In this document: piece by piece, positions 34,290 through 46,969 of the stretch | How the letters are laid out: the number at the start of each line of letters is the position of its first letter | Position numbering within the stretch: position 1 is the first letter of the stretch | Source: Moniliella sp. 'wahieum' | Taxonomy: Eukaryota | Length of the DNA stretch: 64,000 nucleotides | Assembly (NCBI GenBank): GCA_003971905.1 | Contig: RSEE01000142.1 | Location: forward strand, 62,001-126,000 | Direction of reading: 5' to 3' | Made by a program: the position numbers and the translations under genes | The notes under the pieces: generated by a model | What the model saw: only the letters and a program-made list of their open reading frames with translations | Databases searched by the model: none | What the model was told of the DNA's origin: nothing

Positions 34290-36528
34290 TCATTCAGAGT
34301 CGTCTTCCGACGCCTCCTCTGCTTCATCATCGAGCAAGGCTCGGGCGGCCTGGCGAGATACCTTGCCTTTTGGCTGGCGTGGCTCTTCCTCCTCCGAGCT
34401 TTCATCCGACTCTTCCGACTCGTCCACAATAAAGTCTTCCAGGCTGCCGGCCTGGTCGGCTTCTTCGTCGGTTTCCTCCTCGGAATCCGATTCTTCCGCG
34501 TCGGTGGGCTGCTCTTGGCTTTCCTCTGGATCGGAGGAGGACTGCAAGGCATTATCTTCCATTGCCTCGCTACCCTCCTCGTCGCCACCCTGCTCGCCTT
34601 CTGCCTCGGAATCCTCCTCCTCGGCCGATTCAGGGCCCGAGTCGTCAGCCCCAGGGCAATGTCTTGGGTGTCCCCATCTTCTTCTGCTTGGACCACAGGC
34701 GCCTCCTCCGTCGCATCCTGAACCAGGTTGGCGCGCATCTCGAGTTGCGCCAGAATCAGGTCCAGTCGGCCACGCAGCTCGGTAAGCTTATCCCTCCCTT
34801 TGAGGCGCGCTTCCAGCGCGGCATTCAGCTCGGCCAGCCGGTCGACCCAGGCCGGCAAGGTCATTAGGTAGCGCGTGTGGGTGATGAGTACCAGTCGGAC
34901 CCACTGGATGAGGCGGTGGGTACGCATGGGTCCCGTGATCGGATTCTCGAGTCGGTCCAAGGCCGCTTGCAATACCTGGACCGCAACGGGGCCGACCAGG
35001 CGTTTGACCGCTCCCTTCATAACCGCCGCAGCGAGGTGGGCGTGGACCAAGAGTTCAGTGACCATCAGCTCATTCGAAGCTGTTACCCTTCCGTCAAGGC
35101 ACGCGCCAGCGCCGTCGCATCCATCTTGCCGAGCGAAATGCCATAGGTCACAGACCCAGTTGCCGAGTCGGAGCCGAGGGAAGCATGCATGTCGAGTCCC
35201 TTGAGGCGCGCCTCGAGCGACGGCTCGGCCACTTCCATCTCTACGTCCACCGGCGAGTCGCGCTGACTTGGGGGCAGCGCCTTTCCCACCACCACTTCGG
35301 TCGGCTGCGTGTCGATGGAGAGGAAAGAGGGGTCGAGTTGCGCCAGCTGAGCCAAAGGACATAGGGCCGGTCTGGCGAAGCACGAACGACCACCGTCATC
35401 ATTCCCAGGTTGGCTCCATTGGATACGACGAGTGTCACTTCGGTCTTGCCAGAAGAAGAGGCGGAGGGCAGGGTGGCATCCACCACGGTTTGGCCTTCAG
35501 GTACTGTCGCCTGGACCGTCGTGGTTGTGGGCACGGTGAAGCCCTTGGACTTGCGTCGCTTTTTGCTCGAGCCAGCTGCGTCGGAATCAAACGTGCTGGG
35601 CACGAGAAAGAGATACGTTGTGCCTGTCACATCGACCGGCACGACCCTGGTCGCGCCCGTCGCGTCGGGCCCGTACGCGCCAAGGGCGTAGATGGGGGCT
35701 GAGGTGACGAGGTGCGCTTCAGGAACGGGGTGCCTGCTTGCTTCTTCTGGTACGGACCAAATCCGTGCTTCGTTCGACCCACGGGTGGTAGAGATAAATC
35801 GCCTGGGACCGATCCAGGTCAACTGCGTGAGCGGTTCGCCATGGCTCGTGAACGTGTGGGAAGGGGCGGGGGAGCGGGGAGCCCGGAGCAGCAAAGGAAT
35901 ACAAGTGCACGTCCGTGTCGCCCACAAGGAGCCCCGTTGCGTTAGAGGCGAGTACCTTGGGCAACTTGGAGTCTGGCACCTCGATCCGGCCCAACGGAGA
36001 GCAGGTCGTCGCCGCCCCGTCCTGAACATCAAACATGCGCACCATCCCGTCCGCATACCCAGCGTAGAGATAGTTCCCCTCGGAGGTGATACTGATTACC
36101 GACCGTTCCTCCGCAGTCAGGAGATCGTCGACCAGAATTTGGGTCACCACAGCCCGGCTAGGGCTCAAGAGCAGCACACGGCCATCGTGCGTGCCAAGCG
36201 CCAGGCGGGCGGGAGGGGTGCTGGTCTGTGTGCCGAGGGAGCGCCGTTTGGCGTGCTTGGCCACGGGGGGCGAGAGCCAGGCGAGACAACGTGTGTGTAC
36301 GTCGGCAAGTTCAAAGTCGGACAGGAGCTTGGTGGGCGTCTGGGCGCACTGGCCGGCGTCGGTGTGTGGCGGGGAGGAGAGGGAGAAGACGCGCAACCGG
36401 TCCTTGCCCGTCTGGGGGAGCAGGGAGGCGAGCAGGCTCCCATCTGGCGAAAAGGCATGCAGATCGGGGCCAGAAGAAGCGGACTGGGACGACCGGCGTG
36501 CCTTGCGGGCCGCTTTGGATTTGGCCAT
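34290..36528 (-). CDS. UTP5: U3 snoRNP / SSU processome subunit Utp5 (WDR43-like): WD40 region, Utp12 domain, acidic tail
   Basis: AFSPDGSLLA..DRLRVF, LALGTHDGRVLLLSP, YAGYADGMVRMFDV; Utp12-like IQWVRLVLITHTRYLMTLP..LEARLKGRDKLTELRGRLDLILAQLE; D/E-rich C-terminus. Frameshifts present. Confidence 0.8.
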
Positions 36529-36815
36529 GGCGTGCAGGCTGGGGAAGAGAGGGGAGTTGGACTTGTAGAGAAAAAATAACCCAGTAGTGGGTGAGCGTTG
36601 AGGGCATCAGAAAAAAAATGGCGGAACTGCGGCCATTCCGCCTCGGCCGGGCGATGATCGCGTACTATCCCTATGTGGTGGCGCCCAGGACGGGGGGTAT
36701 CTGGCATGACCATGACCTATGAGTTCCCCGCCATCCTCTTTCCTGCCGTACTTGTCTCGACAATACAATGCCATGGCTGTTGGGCCCTGAGAATCACTAA
36801 GGAACCATGAAAAAC

Positions 36816-37908
36816 TTACTTCCAAGCCAGAGCCTTGCGAGCCATAGCCAGCGCGCCCTCCTGGGTTTTGTTTCCTCCAATAAAGCCCGAGGCGTGGACG
36901 AAGACGCCGCCAGGAATGCCCGTGACGTCCGACAGCTGGTCATCCCGCACACCGCGCCACGGCTCGGGGAGAGCCTTGCGGGAGATGAAGCTCGATTCGG
37001 AGACGGGGACCGCTTGAATCCGCCAGCTGCCCGCCTCGTCCGGGAAGACAACGTAGAGGATGTTGTGTCCTCGGTCAACCCCAGCTTCTTCTCCCGCCCG
37101 AAAATGTGCGACTTCCAATTGACGTACTCGGTGAGGAGGAGAATGCGCCCATCGGCGTCGGGAACGAGCTCGGTGCGCTTGGCCAGAGCCGCGTCGACAA
37201 GTTCCCGAGCAGGCAGCCAGGACTTCATCGTCCACTCGACGCGGTTCCAGAACTCGGTCCCGGCCATAGCGCTGGCCTGCTCAAAGCGCTCCATCCGGCT
37301 CGCATCGTTCTTCAGCTCGGGCTCGTTCCAGGAAGGGTTGAGCGTGCCCACGCGCGCGCTTAGGTCCGTGCGCGACGTGTACCGCGGCTCCCCATCAAAC
37401 GCCGAGATGCCATTGTCAATCCCGTCGATGGCCTGCACAAAGTCGTCGTACAGCTTAAGCCACAGTTCCTCCACCAACTCCTTGTCCAGCTTGGGGAAGT
37501 TGTGAGCGAGGATTTCTTGGCCAAAATGCCTGTCCTTTCGTTAGCATCGAAGGGTAATCGGTCGGCGCGCCGGGAGCTGGCGCGCGCACGGGAGGAGTGA
37601 AGGGGGAGGGGGGGGAGGTACACATACTTCCAAGTCAGACCGGCCGAAGAAAGCTTAATGGCGTGGTTGTCGTCAAAGGTGGTGTTGAAGCCGCGCTGGT
37701 GATGGTCGAACCGTTGCTTTTCCGGCTCGTACGTGGCACCTACATCGACCACAATCGTGCCGCGGTCGATGAGTGCCGGGTCACGAGTGCGGGTAAGGGG
37801 GAGCTGGCTGAAGCGGGGCAGACGGCGCAAAAGCGATACGGCCAGCGCCTCGTCAGCGTGAAAGTCGCCCGAGTGGGTCACGATTCCGAGGGGCTCTTGG
37901 GCGGACAT
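36816..37908 (-). CDS. MYG1: MYG1 (GAMM1) family exonuclease
   Basis: THSGDFHADEALA, VVDVGATY..RFDHHQRGF, KLSSAGLTWK|HFG, AIDGIDNGI, SRKALPEPWRGVRDDQLS..FVHASGFIGGNKT. One intron about 37531-37627. Confidence 0.95.
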
Positions 37909-38549
37909 AGTGGTGGGGCTGGGCCGGTGCGAGGACGCTTGGGAGAAAAGGAGTGGCCATGGGGTTTAGGCGGACGTTGCGATTTTGCGAAGAAAAAAAA
38001 AGAGGCAGCGAATGGGTGCGGTCGGCCTTTGCTTGAATTTACCAGTGCTGGCCCCAACACCAATTTCTGCGGGGGAGGGTAGGGTTTGCAATTAGTAATA
38101 GATGAAATTGCAACACAGACACACTGCCCCTGTGGGATGGCTTTTGTGTGGTGTGTCGACTGGGCGAGGCCATCCTTGGTCCGTCCCCAGAGACGTGCTG
38201 AAGGCGGGGCGAGGCGTCGCGAGCGCAAGCTCGCGTGCGTGCAAGCCAGCGGCAGGCGTCTGGCCGGACGCGGCCGGTCCGTCCCTCTGCCGGTCCTCAG
38301 CATCCCAGCCAGGCACTGCCCGCTATGCTCTCCCTTCGCTCTCCCTGGGAGCCTACCTCTGCGCCGTTTCTCTCTCTTCACCTCTGCCCAAAGGTACGTC
38401 TCCTTCCACGCCCCCGTTCCTGATACTGACTTGTCTAGCACAGCGCTGATCCAAGCGTGCAAGCAAGCTACGGCTCAGATGCCCCCGCTTCTGCTACCAC
38501 GAGCGCCTCAACGTGGCCGATAATTGCTGCATGTGTCTGGTAGAGAGCA

Positions 38550-39095
38550 ATGGAGGAGGCGCTGGCGGGCTCACCTGGATTTGCGCAAGCGTTCCAGGCC
38601 GCGCAGAGGGCCATGATCGTGGTGGGCAGCGCGGTACTGGAAAATGCGGACGGCAAGCACATTCTTAGCGGTATTGCCTAGCACATCAAGGATCGCTTTG
38701 CCCAATTTTTCGCGCCTGAATGGAACGGACTGAGCATCCTGCAACGCACGGCCTCCCGCAACGACGCGAACGAGCCTCGGCCTTGCTCTTTCCGAGGCAG
38801 CAAAGAAGACGGAGCCCAAGTTCATGTACCTGCTCGACGCGACCGACTTTGGCCCTGCCTCGATTCCCGAGGAGGCGTTTGCTGTGTACCAAGGACATCA
38901 CGGCGACATGGAGGCGCAGTATGCGGATGTGGCCCTGCCGCCGGTGCTGTTACACGGAGAAGAGCTGATTGCGGGCGGCAACTTGGCGGAGGGAATGGGT
39001 GTGCCATTGATCAACCCGATCAAGAACTTTTACTAGACCGGCCACATCAGTCGTGCATCGCCGACGATGGTCAAGTGTGTCAAGGCCTTCATCGA
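38550..39095 (+). pseudogene. Decayed C-terminal fragment of NADH:ubiquinone oxidoreductase 75-kDa subunit (NDUFS1/NUAM)
   Basis: [83 protein letters not shown]. In-frame TAG at 38679 and 39034, frameshifts, an internal deletion after YTEKS, and no N-terminal Fe-S region. Confidence 0.8.
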
Positions 39096-39549
39096 ACAGT
39101 TGCCGCGGGAGCCGATCGAGGAGCCGCTGCCCGCCGCACGCCCACCTTGTGTGAAGCGCACGGAGGGCACCTGTGCGGTCCGCCGCAGGGGAGCTCTTGC
39201 TATAGTATTCTGCATTGCATTGCGTTGGGCTTGCTTGGCTTGTCCTGGTTTGAAGGGCCATCGGGCGTTGAGACCATCGAGGCCGTCGGGGCGGAGAGGG
39301 AAGACAAGGGCCGAGGCGAGCGCATAGGATGATTATAGCACCCGCCGAAGCAAGCGGGCGGTGGAAACTGCTGATAGCACGTGCGATTTGGATTGATGTC
39401 CGTCGCGGCACTAGGCCAGTCTCTGGCCTCCCCCGTTGCCAATTTAGTCAGTCCATGGACCAGAATGAGCTTGCGTGAAGCTTGACTCGACGGGCGGACA
39501 ATTTCTGCCGTTTGCCTCCCACCCCTTCCCCTTCCCTCCCCCCACCAGC

Positions 39550-41135
39550 ATGTCCGCCGAGCAGCCGTGGAACCTGTACGAGGGCCACCGGGTGCCCGCT
39601 AACCTGCTCCCGCGCCCCATCCCCGGCCCCACCTCAGTCCAATCCAGCATCCTGGCCAGCGGCCAGTCCTACCTCCTCTTCCCGCGTTTCCGCCTCGACA
39701 GCGGCACGGTTTTGACCAATGCCGTCGTGGCGTACAAGACGTGGGGCGAACTCGACCCGATCAGCAAGGGAAACGCGCTGGTTGTCACGCATGCCCTGAC
39801 AGGCAGTGCCGACGTGGAGGACTGGTGGGGACCGCTTTTGGGCCCCGGCAAGGTCTTTGACCCGACTCGCTACTTCATTGTCTGTGCCAACGTTCTCGGC
39901 TCCCCCTATGGCTCGTCGGCGCCCACTACCCACAAGGGGGGCGAGCTGACTGACCGTGCCTCGCCCACTGCGAAAGATGGGTCGGAGTGGTGGGGGCCTG
40001 ACTTCCCGGAAACTGTGGTGCGTGACGATGTGCGTCTGCAGAAGGCGCTGTTGACTACCTTGGTGTTCACCACGTGGCCGCCGTGATTGGGGGTTCGATG
40101 GGCGGCATGGCCGTGCTGGAGTGGCCCCTGTGTTCCCTGTGCGCTACTTTGTGCCTGGGTCGAATGAGAAGCAAGAGCGGTACATTGATGCCATTGTGCC
40201 GATCGCCACAGCTGCCTCGCATTCGGCATGGGGAATTAGCTGGGCCGAGACTCAGCGGCAAGCCATCGCATCGGACCCAGCCTACCACGACGGATACTAC
40301 GATCCTGCTGACCCTCCGCGGTCTGGACTAGCGGCGGCTCGTATGGCCGCCCTGCTTACCTACCGCAGTCGCGAGAGCTTCGAATCTCGCTTTGGCCGGC
40401 GTACGGGCAACAAAAAGGCGCCGCCGTCGCCGCCCAAGGAGGCTCCCAAGGATGGGGAAACTCCGGACGGGCGAAATGGCGAACGAGCCCCCGCCCAAGA
40501 ACGTGTTTAGTGCACAGTCGTATCTGCGCTACCAGGGTGACAAGTTTGTCAAACGGTTTGACGCCAACTGCTACATGCACCTTAGCCAGAAGATGGACTC
40601 TCATGACGTGGCCCGCGGCCGTCGTACGTGGGGCTCGGCTGGCGGACAGGAGCACGAGTGGGCCGGTTTCTCTGATTTCTGGTGGCGAACTGGCCTCGGT
40701 GGGGTCTGCGCATGCGGACAATGTTCCGTTTGGCTCGGACGACGAGCACGCAGCCACGGTCCAGTCCGTTTTGGGAGTCCTATCGACCGGCAGCACGCGT
40801 TTTGGGGCGCGGGCGCCTGCTGTGCACATTGTCTCGATCGAATCGGATGGTCTGTTTGCTCCGCCTGAGCAAACCTTTCTGGCCAACAGCATCAAGGGAA
40901 GCGCATTTGACTCGGTCCGCAGTTCGGATGGGCATGACGGCTTCCTGCTCGAGTTTGAGCAGATGGACGATTTATCCAACGCTTCCTCCACGCCCATCTT
41001 GCATCGATTTACGCCACACCTCAGGGCGCAGGCTGGACCAAGTGGCATGATTGGCCCCAAACTGCTGAGGCGGGTCCGAACCACAAGGTCAAGGAGTCGA
41101 CCTTTGGCGAGGTGGAAGACCCGACCCGCTGGTAA
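39550..41135 (+). CDS. MET2: Homoserine O-acetyltransferase
   Basis: VAYKTWGEL, HALTGSADVEDWWGPLLG, CANVLGSPYGS, nucleophile motif GGSMGG, SWAETQRQAI, SAQSYLRYQGDKFVKRFDANCY, GHDGFLLE, C-terminal STFGEVEDPTRW*. Frameshifts present. Confidence 0.95.
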
Positions 41136-42516
41136 CTTTGATTAACCCAGCAGGGCCGCCCCATTCTTCAAATCGTTTTACCTGCTCCCAACATAATGAT
41201 ATCGGAGCGCTCTGAGCCGCTCCCTCTAGACGACGTCCAACCGTTCGCCTTCACCCACTGTGTATCCAACATTGCATCTGTACTTTGCGCATGTATCAAC
41301 TACCATGTCCGCGCGTCCCGCGTGTATCCAACTACATGGACACTTCCCAATCATCATCATGATATCCTTCTCTTATACCTTTATACAGCCTGCAACGCGC
41401 AAAGATTAGTTCCTACTACTATACATGCTGTACATAGGTTTGTTCCCTCTGACAGGTTAGAAGAACCCCTTGCCGTCTCGCACCAAGATCAGCGCTCAAT
41501 GGCGGATAAGGACCACAACTGTGTCGTTTTCCTCGTTTCGGTTTTCCTCGTTTCGGTGTCCTCGGGGTCTCTTGCGCCAGCTCCGTGCCCTCGAGGGAGA
41601 GGCGAGTTCAGCAGTGGACTTGGCCTGGCCCCCATGTTGCGATTCGTAATTTCGTATGGGATTTCGTTCACCTGCTTTTCGCCTGTGTTTCCAACTGCTC
41701 TTCGTCATCTCCCCGAGAGGACCGCATTATATCTCCTCTCTATTGAAAGACATGCCAGCCTGTGGCGAGTATCAAGAGCGCCAGTTCTCGGTTTCTACTG
41801 CTCTCTCCGGGCCGGGGAACCACGCCTTGCAGATGGCGAACGATGGGGCGTATCTTCTCTCATCGACCTTGGTTCATGAGACGCATGTGAAAGGACGTTG
41901 TGCTGCGATGAGAAAAAATGCGTTTTGGCTGATGTGGTCTCTCGGCTTCTTCATCACCTCGGCTGCGGTCTTATCACTGAGTATTGAGAGAGGGCTAGCC
42001 TTTTCCCAATGGTCGTGTCATTTGTGCCTTCCCCAATCCAACCACCAGCAAACTACTATAGCGGCGTGCATCCCCGTCTGTGCACACGCCAACGTTCGCG
42101 CCAATGTAGTATGTATACCGCGCGCGTCAAAACCGATTTTCGCGCCTCTCCCTTTTTTGGCCATTCAACTGGCATGCCTTGCCCACATGCATTGACCATA
42201 GTTAGTCGACTCGACAAGAACACTGCAGTAAGTCACCCTTTTGCCAGGTTTTCTTTGCCCCGCTTGCCGCTGATTCCCCACCCATATAGACTTGAAAGCA
42301 GGACTAGATAGCAGATAGCAAACAGGCATGGGGGCACTCTGTACGGAGATAGTTGACTTGCAGTCAAGTATTTTTTCCCAAGCACAATTCGCCGCCTTCT
42401 TGGCGGTTCGGTGGCGACGTAAGATTGCTTCCATCGCATTCGGGTTAGCCCCCTATCCTACAGTCCATTCGCTTCTTTCGCCATCTTTCCCACCAACTGT
42501 TTTGTTTGTTGCAACG

Positions 42517-43519
42517 ATGGCAGCCCTGAACGACCTGAACCCGATGCCATGGTCCTCCGTGTGCGCGCTTTCAATCGCTTCTATACGCACCAAGCTGGCG
42601 TACTCGACCGGTACTTGGGATCAGATCTGAGCCTGACCGAGATCCGTATTATGTACGAGTTGGCTCATGCCGGTCTACCCCCGGCACAGATGGCCACAGG
42701 CCCCAGTCCCGGCTTAACCTCCACTCAGCTTTCCACTCAGCTCGGATTGGATGCCGGCTACCTTTCCCGCCTACTCAAAACCTTTGTCTCCCGCGGCTGG
42801 GTGGCGCGCACGCCGGACCCAACCGACAAACGACGCGCACTGCTCCATCTTACTCCCTCGGGATGGGAAGCGTATGCTCCTCTGCTCCACAAGTCCAATG
42901 AAGAGGTCGCTGCTCGCCTCGCCCCCCTGCCTCCTGATCAGCAAGGTGAGCTGGCTCAGGCCATGGATACGATTGAACGTGTCTTTTCCATGGCCCCACC
43001 GGCGCTGGAACTACGGGAGCCAGGGCCTGGCGATCTTGGCTGGGTAGTGTCCCAACACGGAGAGATATACGCCAAGGAGTACGGGTGGGATGCGTCGTTG
43101 AGGCGCTGGTCGCCGACCTTGCGGCTGGGTTGCTCCGCACCCTCGACCCTGCGTATGAACGTGGATGGATCGCGGACCTAAACGGACAACGGGTGGGATC
43201 TATCTTCCTTGTCCGTTCCCAGCCTGGCGTCGCCAAGATTCGCCTCCTGCTCCTCACCCGGGCCGCACGCGGCATGGGCCTGGGCTCCACCCTGGTAGAT
43301 GAAGCGTTGGCGTTTGCTCGCTCCAAGGGCTACACCCGCGTGGAGCTTTGGACACACTCTTGTCTCCAAGCTGCACGCACCCTCTATTCGCGTAGAGGGT
43401 TCCAGCTGGTGGAGGAGAACCCGTACGTTGGGTTTGGCGGGCACGAGCTGGTGGGCGAACAATGGTCGTTGGATTTGGAGGCCGCGCCTTCCTCCCCCTC
43501 GGGAGCAGCCAACATGTGA
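42517..43519 (+). CDS. Bacterial-type bifunctional MarR-family winged-HTH / GNAT acetyltransferase, intronless
   Basis: VRAFNRFYT..GVL..YLGSDLSLTEIRIMYELAH, LGLDAGYLSRLL, PDPTDKRRALLHLT (MarR); PGDLGWVVSQHGEIYAKEYGW, ERGWIA..GSIFLV, AKIRLLLL..ARGMGLGSTLV, LWTHSCLQAARTLY (GNAT). One indel near 43098; start at 42517 (needs a 1-nt fix) or 42549. Confidence 0.9.
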
Positions 43520-44257
43520 ATTAGAAAGCGATTCCGTTCCCTTCGTGTTGAACAAGCTGCCCTTGCACCACTTTGGCGAGGTGCTAGTCACGCCTCTCAA
43601 GGAGGCCATCCATTTGACACCACTCATCTTGCTTTCTCCTTCTCATGCTTTCTACTAGAGATGTGCTCCAGACTTTTTGTGCTAATACTTGCTATGTTTC
43701 CCATTTTAAGGAACCTCTCAACTTCTTGAGTCTTAGGTCCCACCAGTCCGTCGCAGAATACGCCTGTGTTGTATAGCTTCCCCTTCACAAAAACGCCAAC
43801 CTCTGCGTCAGGACTTCCCCACATTACTCCTACGAATTGGCACTTGTGGAGGATATACACTACTGCTGTAGCCGCACAACCATAATCCCCAAAAATGGAA
43901 GGAATACTGCAAGCGGAGGCAATAAATGAGAGAGAGTTATGATCACAAGTTGCAAGTATGGCGAAGAGCGGCCTGTTGCGCAGGCGCTAAGGCAGCTAAG
44001 CTAGCTGTGCTTATATGTCACCGTCCTATGGGAGTTGGAAACGTTAAAGCGCGTCTCGAAGCACCCGAGTACATAAACAACTAGCGAGGGACAGCCTAAC
44101 AAGATGGCTGGTACACGACCCACCCTAGCACTTATGTGCCCGTGTTAGGGAACTGCTGATGGATACATAAGTGCATTGCGCAATTGTGGACCTTGGCACC
44201 CAGGCCCCAGCCCGACTCAGGCGTCATGAGAGCTGTCAAGGTCAAAGGCGCTGCTAT

Positions 44258-45366
44258 TTAGAAGGACAGTTTCAATCCACTCGGGATGTAGCGCTCGCCT
44301 TCAGTCGTAAACGTCGCGAGGACACTTTCGATTTCCGCCAGATCCTCCTTCGAGAGGGTAATGGTCGCAGCGGCTACATTCTCGTCAATGTGCTTGATGT
44401 TGGTCGAACCGGGGATGGGCAACACGTCCTCTCCCTGCGCAAACAGCCAGGCAAGCGCCACCTGTCCCGGCGTGTACCCTAACTTGTCTGCAATCTGTAA
44501 GTAGAAAAAAACGTCAGTTCTTGCTTTTCGTCTCGGGAAGTTTGTGGGTGTGGAAGGGGGGGGAGGTGGGAGGGAAAGGGCGGGGGGGGGGGGACGCACA
44601 GCCTTGACCTTGTTGACCAGAACCAAGTTCTTGGGGAAGTTTTCCTCGCTAAAGCGTGGGTTGGAAAGACGGAAGTCGTCAGGCGTAAAGTCCGCGCGGG
44701 ACTTGATCTGGCCCGTGAGGAAGCCACGTCCCAAGGGCGAGTAAGCAACAATTGCCGTGCCGTTCTTCTTGGCCCAGTCGTAGATGCCATTGGTGAAAAT
44801 GTTGGGCGTAAACAGACTAGCTTCGACCTGAAGCGCATCAATGTGGACGATCTTCTCGGCGCGTTCCAGCTGCTCCAGCGAGTACTCCGACACGCCCACG
44901 TACTTGGTCTTGCCGGCCTCCTTGAGCGCCTTCAAGCCTTCAAGCGTGGGCTCAATCGGCTCCACAGCCCGGTGGGCATAGTATAGATCGACGTGATCCG
45001 TGTTGAGACGCTTGAGCGACTTTTCCAGGGCCTGGAGCGTGTACTCGGTTGAGGGCGGAGTGATGCCCCTTTCCCCCGTTTCGGAGATGGAGAAGATATG
45101 CTTGGTAGCGAGGAAAAACGAGTCGCGTGCGCCTGGATGGCGCTGGAAAAAGGAGCCAATCTGTTCTTCATTTTCTCCCAGCGAAGGACGCGTGCTGTAG
45201 ATGTCGCTGGTATCAATGTGGGTTACCCCTGCTTGATGAGATGGGCCAGGACAGCGTCGACTTCGTGCTGGGTTTTGGGCGCGCCGTAGAAGGCGGCGAG
45301 GGACATCAACCCGGCACCCAGGTTGGACACGGACGTTGTGCCGATCTTGCGTTGCGGAAGAGGCAT
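44258..45366 (-). CDS. Aldo-keto reductase, yakc/AKR13-like
   Basis: LGAGLMSLAAFYG, IDTSDIY, FLATK, DLYYAHR, KYVGVSE, AYSPLGRGFLTG, DDFRLSNPRFSEENFPKNL, QVALAWL..PIPGST. One intron near 44496-44600; TATAAA at 45436-45441 on the minus strand. Confidence 0.92.
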
Positions 45367-46969
45367 GCTGGGGGGAAGGCGAGAGAAGGTGGTGGGGAGG
45401 GCAGACGCAGCAGGAGGACTGGGGATAGCCTACCCTTTATATCCCGCCCAGGCGCCCCACATACTTTTCCGCGGACGCAGCACCTGGCGTTTTCTGCTGA
45501 TGCGTGCTGACGTTTGTGCCAGTGGGGCGGACGCACGGACGGCATGGCGATATCCGCCTGCCGTTGAACGGGCAAAGCAGGTGTTGGTGTGACGAGGGGG
45601 TGATGCAAGATTGTAGCTTTGGCTGATGCTGTGGCCGCCAGCACGGGGCCACTCAGCGCCACCAGAGGCTCGGCCTGGTGCGTGGTGCGGGCAGCCCTGC
45701 GCAGCCCCTTTTTCCCCATTCTGTCGGTGTGCGCTCGTGTTGCGTGTCTCCCGGCGTCTCCTCGCCGCCACGACACCATTCGCTCGTTTGCTTCGCTCTC
45801 CTCGGATAGGCGGCGTGCTCGCTTCTTGCACCCGTTGGACATGCTGGAAGCTGGACCTGCCTTCTAGCTTACAGCCTGTGCGCCCGAGAGAGTGCTCTGA
45901 TTCACGGGGTGCAGCAGTGGTCGACACTCAATGATTGGATACTCGATTAAAGATGGCGTGCACGCGTGCACATCGTCCGGTATTGGACGTTGGGGCAGGC
46001 AGAGATTAATTCGATTAATGAGTACTCAGTGAGTGTAACTCAGACTGAGTACTCAGGTACTGAGTCACGAGAGTCACATGTCAATTGCCAACTCAGTCTC
46101 GAGACACACGTTGATCGGGTTGATCAGCAGCATCATCGATGGAGCATCGACCTCATCCATCTCATTGCGCCACCACCTCTCGCCAGCTCCCAGCGCGGAA
46201 TGCGGCCATCGTCCCTTGTCGACAACAGCCGTGCCACTGCGCCGAGGGCGGCCGGGCTAGGCCTGCCCCGAACAGGCGCTCGTTCAATCGTTTACGCGAG
46301 CAACGTGCGCGCCGCGCTTGGGCGCAACCATTGTGCATTGCAAGGGAAGCGGACCGCCGACCGGGGCCGGCAGCGGCCGCCTTCCATATAAGATCTAAGA
46401 TCGACCTTTATCAGATTGTGGCTGTCTAACGTGCTCAACGCTACACACTCCGACTAAGTTATCAGTACCGAGTACTACTCAGTACTCAGTTGGTTCCGCC
46501 CGCTCGAGTCTCCATCTTCTCTCCCAGTTCCCTTCTCTTCCAAGTTCCGAGCACCGACGATGCGCGGATCGGCCAGCAGGTCGCCCTGTTCTCAAATCTT
46601 ACTTTGTGCCCTGAGTGGTGAGACGGCAACGCGACCGCACGACGTACTACCCTTGCCTCCCCCCGTAACGCGTAACATAAGCAGCAGAAACCCGTCCCCA
46701 GCAACTTGGATGTGCAAACACTCAACATACGCAACAGGCAATGGCCCAGCTCTGCTCCGCTCCCGCTGCTGCTCGTTAAAACCTGATCTACTGTATCTGG
46801 GAGCTGGATCGCCCAGAGCGCGTTCGAGCCGAGGCCGAGCTGCGTTTATTGTGCCCCAAGATCGTGCCATGGCGGGAATCGACTACGGAGAAAGGGAACC
46901 CCCATGGTGAGATGGATGAAACGCAATGAATGCCATTAGCCTTGGGGAAAGTGAGTGAGGCCGCAACGA

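Noticed and set aside
41196..42195. ORFs of 227 and 179 aa upstream of the MarR-GNAT gene
   Set aside because: No recognisable motifs and composition unlike the real genes here; treated as non-coding.
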